From the NCBI GenBank assembly GCA_012295275.1, contig CM022672.1, positions 15,004,001-15,068,000 on the forward strand: a stretch of 64,000 bases of DNA, read 5' to 3'. The first letter of the stretch is position 1; every line of letters begins with the position of its first letter. A program made the translations under genes and the position numbers. The notes under the pieces were generated by a model. The model was not told the origin of the DNA. It ran no database searches and saw only the letters and a program-made list of their open reading frames with translations. The stretch is from Chrysomallon squamiferum. Its lineage: Eukaryota; Animalia; Mollusca. Below, piece by piece: positions 1 through 20,460 of the stretch.

Positions 1-707
1 ATAAAATACAATATAATAAATAAATAAAAAATAAAAAAAAAAAAAAAAGAAAAGGATTGAAGCAGATATGAATCAAAAACATAAAACAAATTTGTTTTCT
101 TCTCTTTATCAAAATCAGAAGGTATTGCAAATTGGAAGACCATCGGAGAAGATAATATTTAAGCTTGCTCGAGACCTGATTAAATTATTATTATTATTAT
201 TATTCCTTGTTTCAATTAATTTTTTTTTTTTTTTTTTCAAACTAAAGTTGGTTTAATCAACTGGTTTTTAAATGTATCTGTAAAAATGTATATTTAATAT
301 AACCATGCAGATATATCAATCAGGTAAAAAAGGAGCTCTGTTGTGAAATACCCCATGTGTTTTTGTAAAAACTTGTTATTCGTGCTGTGAGCATTTTTTT
401 TTTTTTTTTTTGTATTTATATTTTATACATTTTATACCATTGCCAATAAAAATTCAGCGTCAACACATATTCGCTAATCAATCAACAGATGACTGTTGAT
501 TTTTGAAACTTTAACGAAAGCGAATATGTTCTTTGTAGTGGACACAAACACCAAGCATAAGGGTTTACAAGTTACATCTGTTGTCCATGATAAAGTCTGC
601 TTTTGACTGAAGAAACTATTATTTTCGCATCTTCGTTATTCTTGTCTTTACCATCATCCATCTGGCTTTTTTTTAATTATTACACGTGACACTGACGATT
701 GGCCTAG

Positions 708-786
708 CCGCGATTTTGTGGACGTAACAACGAGCATTGTTTCTTTTGAACTAAAATGCCCATTATAACGGTCACAAGATCGAGAC
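708..786 (-). ncRNA. mir-2001: microRNA miR-2001 precursor hairpin (mature 5p at 755-777)
   Basis: Reverse complement of 755-777 is UUGUGACCGUUAUAAUGGGCAUU, matching the miR-2001 mature sequence as I recall it. It pairs with the arm at 715-738 (AAUGCUCGUUGUUACGUCCACAAA) across an AU-rich loop, and the stem extends at its base. Confidence 0.9.
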
Positions 787-907
787 GACGCCTCAGCTGT
801 TTGGTCCTTCGTGACTCTTTAAAACAACGTACTGAAGTCTTCCATTACAACTTTGTCAGCCTCTTGCAAATTCCGCCATCAAAGAATGATCTATCTACCG
901 GCTTTAC

Positions 908-7340
<6,433 letters not shown>

Positions 7341-8269
7341 ATATCGTGGCCCAATCACAAGCTGGCGCTTTCATCATGTTAATAGATAATTATTCCACGA
7401 ATCCATTTTTTATTATTATGTCGTCGTTTTTGTGGTTATATACCTTGTCACTTAACTATGTCAGTGTTGTTCTATCGCTATCGATGCAAGCCGTTACCAA
7501 CACACACACACGCACACACACCCATTAAAAAGCTATTTGAGTCTGGGTCATAAATTCGGTTTTTTGAAACGGCGTAAAATTTAATGAAGTGCATTTCTTT
7601 CATGAATTGTTCGAAACGTGTTTATATCGTACCGAAATTAAAAAGTAAAAATTAACGTTCACTTGTCGAACGTCAAAAAAAAAAAAAAAAGTGAAAATGT
7701 TAACGTACGTTTATAATGTTTTTATGGCACGACAGTTAATTTGTTTGTTTGTTTGCAAAGCTCTCGCTTGTAATTACCTATTATAATTTGTTGCTGTCCA
7801 TCAACAAAACGCGTTTTTAATTAATCTTTATTACTGTATTTTGCAGCAGTAGATTTATTAAGGGTGGCGGCGGAGTTGGCGAATCCTTTTGTGTTCTGCA
7901 TAAACTGTTGATATACTGCAGCAGCTCGGCAAGAGAAAAGTTTTAAATTGATACAATTAAGAAAACGTCAATAAATTTGAGATTTATGGCACTAACGCAA
8001 CACGTGTTTGTCTGTACGGCGTTTTCCAGTACGGCTCAAACAAGGCCGTAGTTGTTGTACTTTGTCGCATTCTCGATAATCACGCGGTTGTAACACTAGA
8101 TGGTTACACTTTTAATTACAGTGCTAATTGACTTTTCGTGCGAAGTTAACGTTTGTTTTTAAATGAATAATTTCAAATAGTTTGTATTTCGTTTCTTTTC
8201 TTGCCATGTTCTTCTTTCTATTTGTTTATTTTATTTTATGTTTATTTTTCTAATTTTGAATTGTCCCTA

Positions 8270-8330
<61 letters not shown>

Positions 8331-8768
8331 CATTATTATACGTACATTTAATTAATAAAATAAATTTTCAGTTCCTTTTCATTTTGGTATATGTTAAATT
8401 TTAATTAAACAAGAAACGTGAATCTGTAAATGAATTAATCCAATTATTTATTGGTTGCTCTGATTACTTTAAAAAAAAAATAATGAAAAAAGAAAATAAT
8501 CATAATAAAATAAAATAAAATAACCATGGCAAGGCCAACCACAACCCCAAAGTATCTTAGAGCTGATACATAAAATGAAAACACACAACAAAATTTCGGA
8601 ACATGTCATTTTACAGAATATTGCAGGTAAACAAAACATGTCAGACTGACAAGGCTCGGAGGACATCGGGTAATCCCGGAGGACCAGCGTGAAAAAAAAC
8701 GTTAATCCGATTTTGTTAACTGCTGACCCCAGAACACACGATAGTTATTATAATCCGATTAACCAGCT

Positions 8769-8838
<70 letters not shown>

Positions 8839-9675
8839 GTCTGTGTCTAATTTTACATGTGTTTATGCATCTATCTGTCTGTCTGTCCGTCTGTCTGTCC
8901 ATTCATTCATCCATCTCTCCTTCCATCCAACTATCTACTTATATGTGTATGTATGTGTGTTTTTACGAATCAAACTTTAGTTTTTCTTATAAATGACTAT
9001 AGATTATACTGCACAGAAAAAAATATTCGGGAAAACATTGGCAGAGGAGTGTTCAAAAACTAAACATGATACCAAAATCGAAGTTTGGAAAACCCAAACT
9101 TCAATATAAAATGTATAATTTAAAAAGCTAGAAAGAGCGACCCCTCTATGATGAGGTGACCTCACGATCACCTATATACTAACATACTGATCAATATTTG
9201 GGTGTGACACCTCCACCCACGACACCCAGGCCCCGGGGCAAGGTGTTGTGCATTTCGTTGAATTAGAAAAGAATTAGTCCGTTCATTTTTTTGTCAACTA
9301 ATTCAGACGTCCGTTAAAGGTGTGGATATGTGCTTGTGTGTGTCTGTGTGTGTGTTGTGTGTGTGTGTATGTGGGTGTGTTTGTGTGTGTGTGTGTGTTG
9401 TGTGTGTGTGAATCTCTGTGGATGCGCGTGTCTGTGTGAAATGTAATATGATATACGTGTGTGTGAGATAAAGTTATCAGATAGAGATTACATCGGCATG
9501 TATTACATTAATGCTGAACATGTCATACCAGCTGTTTGCGAAAAAAAAAAAAAAAAAAAAAAATGATTTGAATATGTAAATTATTCTGCATAACTGATGC
9601 CATATACTTATATTTTAATATTACATATTCCGATATATCCATTTATTGTGTACGTTTATATGTGTGTGTATATGT

Positions 9676-9708
<33 letters not shown>

Positions 9709-10436
9709 CTTAACACGCTTAATACAGAATTTTTTTTTTTTCTGTTCAAATTAACTGTTCGTTGTATTTAACAGACTTGCAACTTAGTAGGAAAGTTTTT
9801 ATTTTGTTTCTGTACTTCTTTATATATATATACATATATAAAGAAGTACAGAAACAAAATATACATACATACATATATACATACATACATACATACACAC
9901 ACACACATACATACACACACACACACACATACACACACACACACACATACATACATACACACACACACATACATACATACACACACACACACATACATAC
10001 ATACATACATATATAATTGATTTGTCCATATTCTACCTTGATTTTCTTTGCATGGCAGTCGCCCCACATCTTCACACGAAAGACAGCGCCATCTCGTGTA
10101 TTTGAGATCTTTACAATTTAAAGGGGGAAATGTTAAAACTAACAAATAATTTATAAAAAAAATAATAATCATAATAATAATAATAAAAAAATAAAAAAAT
10201 TAAAATTAAAAATAAATAAATAAAAATAAAAAAAAAAAAAAATAAAGTGAATATTCCTGGATTGGCGTAAAACGGTCGAGAATCTGATTATTGGTTCTCA
10301 AAGTTTGGGTGTCAAACAGAACTGACTTAGGAAATTTCTGCGACTGTCAGCTAGTGCGCAGACGTTAAAGGTGTCCCAGGCGCCATATCTGTAGATAGAC
10401 ATTTATAATAATGCATTTAAAAACGATTGGGGAAAA

Positions 10437-10467
<31 letters not shown>

Positions 10468-10634
10468 TATTTTTGCCATTTTTTTTTTTTTTTTTTTTTT
10501 CTTCAATAAAATTCTGTAAAGTTCTTCTTTTAAGGTTGGATTACAGGTGGGTGAATCTGGGTAGTATTAGAATCTTTCATCTCACTAGGAATAAGCTCTA
10601 AAGTGACTGGCTGTATATGTATATATATACATTC

Positions 10635-10699
10635 TGTTTTGTAACAGACAGCTGTATAGAACTGGTATCCCATCTCAGCAAATACAGTTTATATTACAC
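10635..10699 (+). repeat. 65-bp dispersed direct repeat, copy 2
   Basis: Near-identical to 5987-6051. Confidence 0.9.
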
Positions 10700-10930
10700 A
10701 GGTAGGATCAGCGGCCCGATTTCACTGACGTCCAGAATGTTCTGTGCAGACACAGAAATGATGATAATCGATGAATCAAAAGCATTTACACATAATAATT
10801 AGAGTCGATTCGTTTGATATGTGTGAACATTCATCTTTGGCAATTATCAGTTCAGACCTGTCCCTTTGAAAAATATTAGATCTGCACCTTCTAAGATCCC
10901 CAATTCGAGAGTACCTCTCTTTTTTATTTT

Positions 10931-10972
<42 letters not shown>

Positions 10973-10977
10973 TTATT

Positions 10978-11012
<35 letters not shown>

Positions 11013-13301
11013 TTTGATTTATGGCTTACTTTAGGTTTATTTATAAATTTTATAAAAACAATGTTCTCGTCTACGGTTTCTATTCAACATTTTTATTATT
11101 ATTATTATTATTATTATCACTGTTATTATAATTATGGGATATTAGAGCTTTAAAAAACGTCATCGATATTCCGGAGTTCTTCGTTCCGTTGTCTCTCCGG
11201 ATTATGAAAGGTGGACATAATTACAATAGTAAGCCAGCAATACACCTCGCAGCAAATGATAACTGAAGTACTGCTAGAAACCTAAATAAATGATTAAACG
11301 GAGTTCATTAATGTAAATTATGATTCAAGTTTATAAAACCATATTATTGATTCAAAAAAAAAAAAAAAAAAAAAAATGTAGGTATATATTAATGAATTTC
11401 TAATATTCATATATACTGGGTCCTAATTAAATTATATCTGGTATAAAAAAAAGCTTCTGGACTATTTATCATGTTCGGAAAAATCTATCGTTTATCTGTA
11501 TACTTATATATGCAAGACAAAACCCTTTCCCGTCACTCAGTGGTCAAATATTGTCTCATAAGTGGCAAATGATATTTAAAAAAAATATATTTAATACGTA
11601 TGGCAGCGTTATTTGATAAAAATCTGAATGATGATAAGAAGTAAAATTATGATTATAACTGAATATAAATGATAGAAAAAGACGAATATGTTTTAGTAAT
11701 GATAGTAATTGCTGAAGTAATAATAGTAGTGATAGTAGTGATAGTAATAATAGTAACAGTAATAATGATAATTGCTTGATAAAACTAGTGGTTCTAAGGA
11801 ATTTTTTGTAATTGATGTTGTACTGATATTAGCAAAGGTAATATAACTAGTAGTAATAATTGTAACAAGAGTAGTAGCAGTAGTTGTAACAATAGGAATA
11901 GTAACACAAGTATTGTAATTATTGTTGTAATAAAGGTAGCAATAACAAAAGTTGTCAGTTTAATTGTTACAGTAATAGTAATAGCGACAGTAATAGTAGT
12001 AATTGTAATAGTAGTAGTAGTAGTTGTTGAAACAATAATAGTAGTTGTAACTGTTGTTGTAATTGTAGTAACTGTAGTAGAAGTAGTATTTGTTATTTTT
12101 GTAATGGTAGCATACTCATGACAAAAACATTAATAAATCCTAATGTTTTTTTATTTATTTGTTGCTTGTTTTTTGTTGTTTTCTTAGAGTTACCTTTTTC
12201 CCTTCATTCTGCATATTTGGATAGCAAACAATTTTGGATAGCAAAAATTAAATAATAATAATAATATTAATACAGCTACTACTACTACTGCTACAGCTAC
12301 TACTACTACTGCTACTACTACTACTATTACTACTACTACTACTACTAATACTAATACTACTACTACTACAACTACTACTACTACTACTAGTAATAATAAT
12401 AATAATAATAACATTAACAACAACAACAATAACAATAATAACAGCAATAATAAGAACAACATTAACAATAAAAACAAAAACAACAACAACAACAACAATA
12501 ACAATAATAATGTTAAATTATAACAAACAAAAAACAAAAAAAAAAAAATTAAAAATTTATTTTAAATTTTTTTTTAAATTGCGACCAGTCGTATTCCGCC
12601 ACGTCAACACAAAAACGCAGATATCTGTCGCGTTACGTAAGCAGGCTATTATTTCACTTCGCAACACCTGCAGATATATCTCTGTTTTAAATTTTAATGT
12701 CGTTTCAGGCACAGGTATATGCGAATTTTATAATTATCGATCGGGATAACAGATGGTTTCGGGAAATGCCCTCTTTCATTTGTTATGTACATAATTGTTT
12801 TACATCCACGAGATTGCTTCACGACCGAAACTTATTTATGGCCCAGTGGTGACAAACGTTCCGTTCGTCGGTGACGCTGAATTCAAAAAGTTCTGAAAAA
12901 TCATTTGCATGTTGAAGGCAACGTCCCCCACGTGGGACTGAAACTGGGATGGCGATAAAAAAAAAATGATATCACTAATGTTATACATTCGTGTGTTATA
13001 TAATGTTCAGCTCGTCTAGTTATAATAGAAACCATTGGAGATGTAAAAAAAAATAATAATAATAAAATATATATAGATATATATATATACATTACAGATA
13101 TTGCGATTAATATATATTTACAATGGTTAATTAACGTTTGTAAATTTAACTTTGGAAACGCTGAAATGAAGCTGGACACATAGCGACAGCAGGGTGTTAA
13201 ATTTCTGCGAAAAAAAAACAAAAAAACAACAACATTTTCATGAATTTCCCGTAATGAAATCCATCGTTGTTTCATGTTAAGTTAGAACGGCATATGTCAA
13301 A

Positions 13302-13631
13302 CGGGGCGGGCAAACTTTTCAAAACAGGGGCCGGGTGGATGTTATAGGAAAAGCATGAGGCCCAGATTATGAAATGTCAAAACAAAAACAAAAAAGATTT
13401 CAAAACGTGTATTTTATGTAAACAGTAAATTCACTATTGATTCGAGGGAGTACCTTCGAGACGCCTTGAATTTTAAACTTGAGTGCGACTTGAATAAAAA
13501 CAAAAATAGCTGTGTCTATAACTGATTTATTTCACTGACTTTTATTTTGCTGTCTCGCGGGCAGGATGGCAATGTTAACTGTGAACAGTTTGGCGGGTCA
13601 GACAACAAATCTTCGTGGGCCAGAGTTTGCC
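13302..13631. mobile_element. Degenerate hAT/Charlie-like MITE
   Basis: Left end CGGGGCGGGCAAACT; right end AGTTTGCC (inverted). Internal GGGCCGG/GGGCCAG motifs are typical of MER20/Charlie-type non-autonomous elements. Confidence 0.55.
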
Positions 13632-14998
13632 AGAGCAACGTCAGACCAGAATCATCAACAGAGCAATAATATTTTTTGGTTGTTTTTTCTGATCATAAGC
13701 AAATCACTAAGCATAATATCACAAATATATTATGTCAGTGACACATCATGAACAAATCATAAAAAGATCGGCATCATTTTATTAAGATCAAAATCATAAA
13801 TACGTTACATAACCAACAGATCAAAAGCAAATCACAGTAAGTTAATTCTTTGAAAACAAAGTTAATTAAAACTAATTATTAAACGTCTGAGATTTTTAAA
13901 AATTATTATTATTAATCGTTTTAAATTGCATACAGTGGTTATGCCCAGCCACACCAAAAAAAAAAATTCACGTTTCGTGCGCGAATATATTAGATAAGTA
14001 TTAATTTCATTTCAAATAGAAAGTTATGCCCATCATTTATCGTAGTCGTTCTTTCGCCATTCTGAAATCCGCGTTTTTAAATCGTTGAATTTATTTAGTG
14101 CATTAGCAGACAGTACGACTGTGCACCGTACAAACGCATGCAGTGGTGCAGACGTGATGTACCTGTGTCGAAAATAGTCCCAGCAGACGACAGTTTTAGC
14201 GCGAGAAGTTATTTCTGACTTGAATTTTAACGTTTATTGCGGTTTGTACGGTACGGTCGGACTCAAATACTTGGACAGCAGTCTGTGCCAAGAAGTACAC
14301 AAAACAGGTAAACAAAAACGGTCTGTCGGTCAGAGGGACTAATTGTTTGAAAACAAAGCCTAATTACTCATTCAAACAACACGAGAACGTGCGCGTCACA
14401 CCTAGAAGTGGATTTTGAATGTAATACATGGGGCCAGTACATACAAACCTGAATTTCAAATAACATAAATTATGTTTCTGGTTGAGTGATCGAGAAAAAA
14501 AAAACGAAATTATGGCAGTTTGATAACGGATGGACCAGAGATGGTTTTGAATGGTAACATCTTGCGGTTACGATTTCTGAAACTTGTGGCTATAAAAAAA
14601 AGAAACTAGACAAAGAGCTGTAGGTCAGACGTAGGGTCAGTTAGGCCTGACAAACTTGCAGCAGATAATACTCCAGATCTGCTTAGCAAGGTCTTAGTAA
14701 GAACGAAATGATTCTAGGTTAAACCACAAATGAATGCAGAAAATTGCTAATGAGGTAAACGATCGTCGTTTTACATTCGCTACATCCCAACATAACCAGA
14801 ACGAATGTCTACCTAACGTCTATTCAGCTCATCTTAATATTATCTGTGTCATAACAATTGCTTGATTAAATTTTATTTATTTATTTATTTATTTGTTTGT
14901 TTGTTTTATGTTACTAGTTTATTTGGTTTGAGTGATTTGACGTCGTAAATAATAATTTATGACAATAAAATAATACTGTATATATATATATATATATA

Positions 14999-15178
14999 TG
15001 TCTCTAAACGCCGCCATTTTATCTCTTAACAACTGTAGTTATGACGTCATCATATACGTAGCCGACTGACAGCTGCATGTTTTCCGATAACATCAAAAGA
15101 AACGTTACAGTAAATCAGCCTACCTTGTACGAGATGACGTCACGACTATACGACAGAAAAATGGCAGCGGCCATACAT
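14999..15178. mobile_element. Palindromic MITE inserted in (TA)n
   Basis: CGCCGCCATTTT...TATGACGTCATCATATAC mirrors GTACGAGATGACGTCAC...AAAATGGCAGCG. TA microsatellite on both sides. A related half-copy lies at ~22268-22322. Confidence 0.6.
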
Positions 15179-15471
15179 ATATATATATATATATATACCT
15201 ATAATTTACTAACTGTACTTTTATATTTCATTATTAATTAAGATTGGGCGGGGGGGGGAAACAACAACAAAAAACACCCCAAGATTCCTTCAATAAAGCA
15301 TAACTTGGAAATATTCAAAATAATATTACATTTAGAGTATTTCATGTTACTTATGACAGTACTGTTGATATGACAAAATTTATCCACGGTGGAAACAAGT
15401 TATATTTACAACAGAATTTCTTGCGACTTCGTAAAATTTGAGAAAATTATTTACGACACACACACACAAGT

Positions 15472-15540
<69 letters not shown>

Positions 15541-15764
15541 CTCACGCATATTTACACACGCAGATTGGCAAACAGATAGAGATAAATGTTGTGTTAGATC
15601 GATCCTTTGATGGATAAATGAAGCAATAATATATACAATACTGTGATAAATGTTCAGTGATTACTAATAGCATCTGAAATGGTGGAAAAATGTAAATCGC
15701 AAACACAGCTGTCCTGGCGCTATTTCGAGAAAGAGAAACGTGAAAAGAATCATATTTCTGTTTA

Positions 15765-15830
15765 GAGGGATTCGATCCGCGGTCCTGTCAGTTTTGAAGC
15801 AGGAGACTTAACCCAGTAGGCTCACAGCTG
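15765..15830 (-). mobile_element. tRNA-derived SINE head or tRNA pseudogene
   Basis: Minus strand has an A-box-like TGAGCCTACTGGG and a B-box GGATCGAATCCC at tRNA-like spacing, but the acceptor stem does not pair properly. Confidence 0.45.
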
Positions 15831-15924
15831 ATATGTGAATGACAATTACAAACAGCGTGGTTAATTACAGCTCCCTCTGTGTGGAAAAAGTGTATGTAAA
15901 ATAGCCCACGCTGCAACACTGGCA

Positions 15925-16001
<77 letters not shown>

Positions 16002-16137
16002 GTGGTGATGATGATGATGGTGTAATAATGATGATGATGATAATAAATAAATTGGGACTACTTGTTCAAACTACCAAATATTTTACCTCCAAATACCGAT
16101 AATGAAAAAAAGTATTGTGATCTAATGATGTCAACAA

Positions 16138-16207
16138 AAACAACAACGGCAACAACAACAACTACAACAACGGCAACAACAACAACTACAACAACGGCAA
16201 CAACGAC
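16138..16207 (+). repeat. 21-bp CAA-derived minisatellite (CAACAACGGCAACAACAACTA-like, ~3 units)
   Basis: Direct reading of the sequence. Confidence 0.8.
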
Positions 16208-19204
16208 AGCTATATCAGCCACTTTTTCAATGTAAGCATTACTGCATACCGCACATTAAACGTACCAGCAACGGACTACTGCATTCCAACGTGATCTGAA
16301 ATACACCGGCTATATCAGGATATCCCACGCCTACGACGACGTCTTTTGGTTACGTAATGTGTTTGTTGAGGACGTAGTGCACACGACGTGGTTTTGTAGG
16401 TCTACGTGGAAAATAGAAACATATTCTAGATATGTTAATGATCTATATCCATCTATCTATCTCTCTGTTTGTTTGTTTGTTTGTTTGTTTGTTGCATTTT
16501 CATCGTGACTATTTTTATACTGTGTTCGGTTTTACTACCACCACCACCACTACTACTACTACTAAAACTACTACTACTGCAACTGCTGCTACTACCATGA
16601 TTGTTATTATTATTATTACTGTTGTTGTTATTATTATTATCTGTATATCGATATAATATAAACAAATGATAAATTATTCATTCTCTTTTATTTATTACAT
16701 AATTATTACAATGATTTCGAATAATGTACAGTTATTTTATTTATAAGTTAACTATAATTAATCCACTTGTTTTTGTCCCATTCTTTGTTGTTTTTAATCA
16801 CCATCGCTGTTATTGTTCTTTTGATTGTTTACAGTCATTATTTTGTTATTTAGAAAAAAGAAATTACCCACACACACACGTACGCACGCACGCACACACA
16901 CGTACACACACACACACACACACACACATACACACAGTAATTTGGTTTCATACCAGATTGTCACATACTGCTTTTTAATTAAATAATATTATAATTTTTA
17001 CTCTCTAGGATCTAGAATATCACGAACCCACGCACTCACTGACACACACACACACACACAGACACATGTATTTATAAATACCCATGTTAATCCAGTTTTT
17101 GTAATTACTTACTTATTTTTGATGAATGAATATTGCTCTAAATATTTTGTTTAGTTGGATGTTTGTTTTCTGTGTTTTCTGTTTGTTTTTGTTTGGATTT
17201 TGTTTTTGTTTTTTTCAAATTTCTTTTCCTCTTTACCATTTTCGTTTTCCTGTGAATAACGAATATTCGTATGATTTTTGTGCGTTATTCTTACACGAGT
17301 TATCTTTCTTGTCACTGGTAATGTTGACTTGTAATTCTGTTTTCTTTTCATTTTAGATTAATCCGAAAAAACAGGTAAAAGCCACAAAAAAAAAAAACAA
17401 ATAAGAAGCAGCAGCAACAATGAGAATAAACTGTAAAAATATAAAATTAAATATTGCAAGAATTAATAAAGAATGGATATTTTAATAAATAAAATACTCT
17501 TTTCAATACGTTAATATCAACTTTTTTTACTATGTCTTTTTCTTCTTCTAAGATTCTTTAGCGAACTGTTTTTCATTGCTGCTAGTGACTGTCAAAAGTG
17601 CACGTGTTTTTCTCTCTCCTGGAAGGTACAGTAACGATTTCTTATAAAAATGCAAAGGAGACGGTTTTTATTAAGAATTGCCAAGTACTCAGTAATTAAT
17701 TTGTTTGTTCTTGTGGTGTAAAATAACAAAAATAAATAAATAAATAAAATAAATTAAAATAGAATAAAATATAAAGCTACCTCAACTATTACTACTGCTA
17801 CTGCCACTGTAACTATTGCTACCACTATCATTACTGCTATTATTACTACTGCTTCTACTAGTACAATTATTATTACATTGTTATAACTACATGTCTATTA
17901 CAACCACTACTATTACTACTACTACCACAGACAACAACAACAACTGCTACTACTTCTACTATTACTACTACTTATTATTGTTGTTGTTGTTATTATTATT
18001 ATTATTATTATTTTATTATTATTATTATTATTATTATTATCATCATCATTATACGTATTTTACTTATTATAAATCACATTAGAACTGAAATCAGAGGAAA
18101 ATAATATAACAAAATGCTAACAATTAAAAAATATATTTTTCAAAATTTTTATTTGCCACTTACTTCGAAAAATCGCACATAATCTTGGCTTTTTTAAAAT
18201 AAATACATTTAATGCGATTGAACCATTTTCTTCAGCAATGGCGACAAGAAATATTGCGAAACAATAACGAAAATTATAACACATTTGTATAAATGGACGG
18301 AATCTTGATTAACTGATATCAGACAGGTATTTAAAAATCTTTAATAAAAAAAATGTTTGATCGATATACAAAAATAAAATGCGAGAACGTACGTTAATTC
18401 AATTAGCTGAAAAATAACCGAAAATAATATATTTATATTAGAATTATAATAGATTTCAAGAGCAAAGCTCATGCCGTTTAATTTCAAAAGTATTCAACAA
18501 TTATCTATTCATTGTTTTGTTTTGTGTGTTTGTTTGGGGTTTCTGTTTTCCGATAAGCTCAGCATAGATAGTTAATTGTATTACATTACGAGAAAAAGGT
18601 TTGGTGATTTTGACATTTTAGGGTATGCTGTACAGACTATAAATATAAATAGTGTTCCATCGAACTAAACTCTCCTGAGATGCGATAGAATAAGAGTAAC
18701 GGCCCTTGGTTATAATTTGCAAACAGCGACTCCATCTTCTCTTCCAGACACTGGGGAAATTAAAAGGCTGAATATAAATGTTAATTTAAATATTAAATTT
18801 GTTTAAGGATTATATAAAAAAAAAAAAAAATTAAATGATATATTGTCTTGTTAGTTCCTTCTTTTGTTTTGCTTGCCATCAGTATTGATCTAATTACCAC
18901 TTTGATCATTAATATAACCATTATCACTACTGGGTTGGTTTTTCTTTTGTATTCTCTGAGACAGACTGTGTACAATATCAGCATCAGCTTAATACCACAC
19001 CTAACAACATTTGACGATTAGTTTCAGTTTTACGTTTTTTTCCTGACAAATTAAAATATCTTGTGAACTAATCAACCACCTGTCCTGTGCTCTCACTAAC
19101 TGTACAAGCACGTACATCCTGGGCTCTATATAAACGTATCCCAATGGACGTGTTAAAAAAAAAAAAAAAAGTACAAGGAAGAAATAAAACAAATGTCTTA
19201 TACA

Positions 19205-19751
19205 CTAAACAAACGTATCTCCTTCTTTCGTGTAGGACTTCTCATAAACCAGCGAGCTCAGGTACTCAACAAGTCCTCCGAGCTGGTAAAACTCCGCCTC
19301 AGTAAGTAGTTCCCGCCACACGTTCTCGCTCTGCGGAAGGACACCTTCCTTTATGCACCCGTCTCGCAAGTAGTTCAGAATGTAGCGGAAGTGAGTGCCG
19401 TCGCGGTCTATGAAGTAGCTTCCGTCCGGTTCTCGCTTCAGCTCGTGACGTCCGCTGAACATGGCTGCCAGCATGGAATGAGGGTCTTTGGTGAGCGTCA
19501 GTATGGACGTGGTGAACTGGTGGCCGCCGATGTCCAGCTTGATGCGGCTGTCCTGGATTCTGTAGATTTCTGACATTCTCTGGAAGAAAACAAAATGGCG
19601 GAAAATCGATTACTGAATAATGCTTGTTGGCGAGTCATATTAAAATTAGAATTGTAGACACAGAATGGGGTTTTAAACTATAGGAGGTCATGTTTAGAAA
19701 GAATTAAAAATGATAGTATTTTCTATAAATTATTAAATATCAAACATAAGC

Positions 19752-19790
<39 letters not shown>

Positions 19791-20409
19791 GTTTTTTGAT
19801 GTTGAAGTCCTGTGTTGATTTAGTGTAGCTTTTGTTTTAAATCTGTCGTGAATCACAGAAACAAAATGTTTTAGTCTACTTATTATTTTTGCTCGATCTT
19901 GTAATATGTCTTTATTATTACTTCTAGTTATTTAAATTCATTTATATTTTATTTTAATGTTGAAGTAATAAAATATGTAATCAGCTAAAGCATAGTAGAA
20001 TCATTGTTATTAAAATACGGTTAAACGTAGTCATTAAATTTTGTTAGAATAGTCAGCAGTTAGAGTATAGACATTTTAGTTCATGTTACTATTATAGTAA
20101 CTCTCAGTGACACAAAATTAAACATAATTAGAGAAAAACTAATAAAAATCTGTTAAGGTGTTAAAAAAAATACTCATGAGTTCGCCGTTCGTTTCCACAT
20201 TCTTGCTTGTGTTTGTTATAGTTGATGATGCGGTAATATTTTGTGGCTTTTTTTTATTTTTTTTGGTTTTTTTTAAATTGTAATTTGCTTGCTATTGAGG
20301 TAACTTTATACATATATCCTTTCATCAATTTAGTAAATATATTTTTACTTTTTAAAATATATTTGGTTATTTATGCAGTTTTTATAATAATAATAATAAT
20401 AAATATGTA

Positions 20410-20460
<51 letters not shown>

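Noticed and set aside
15765-15830. Functional tRNA gene
   Set aside because: The B-box is present but the cloverleaf stems do not pair; treated as a SINE or pseudogene.
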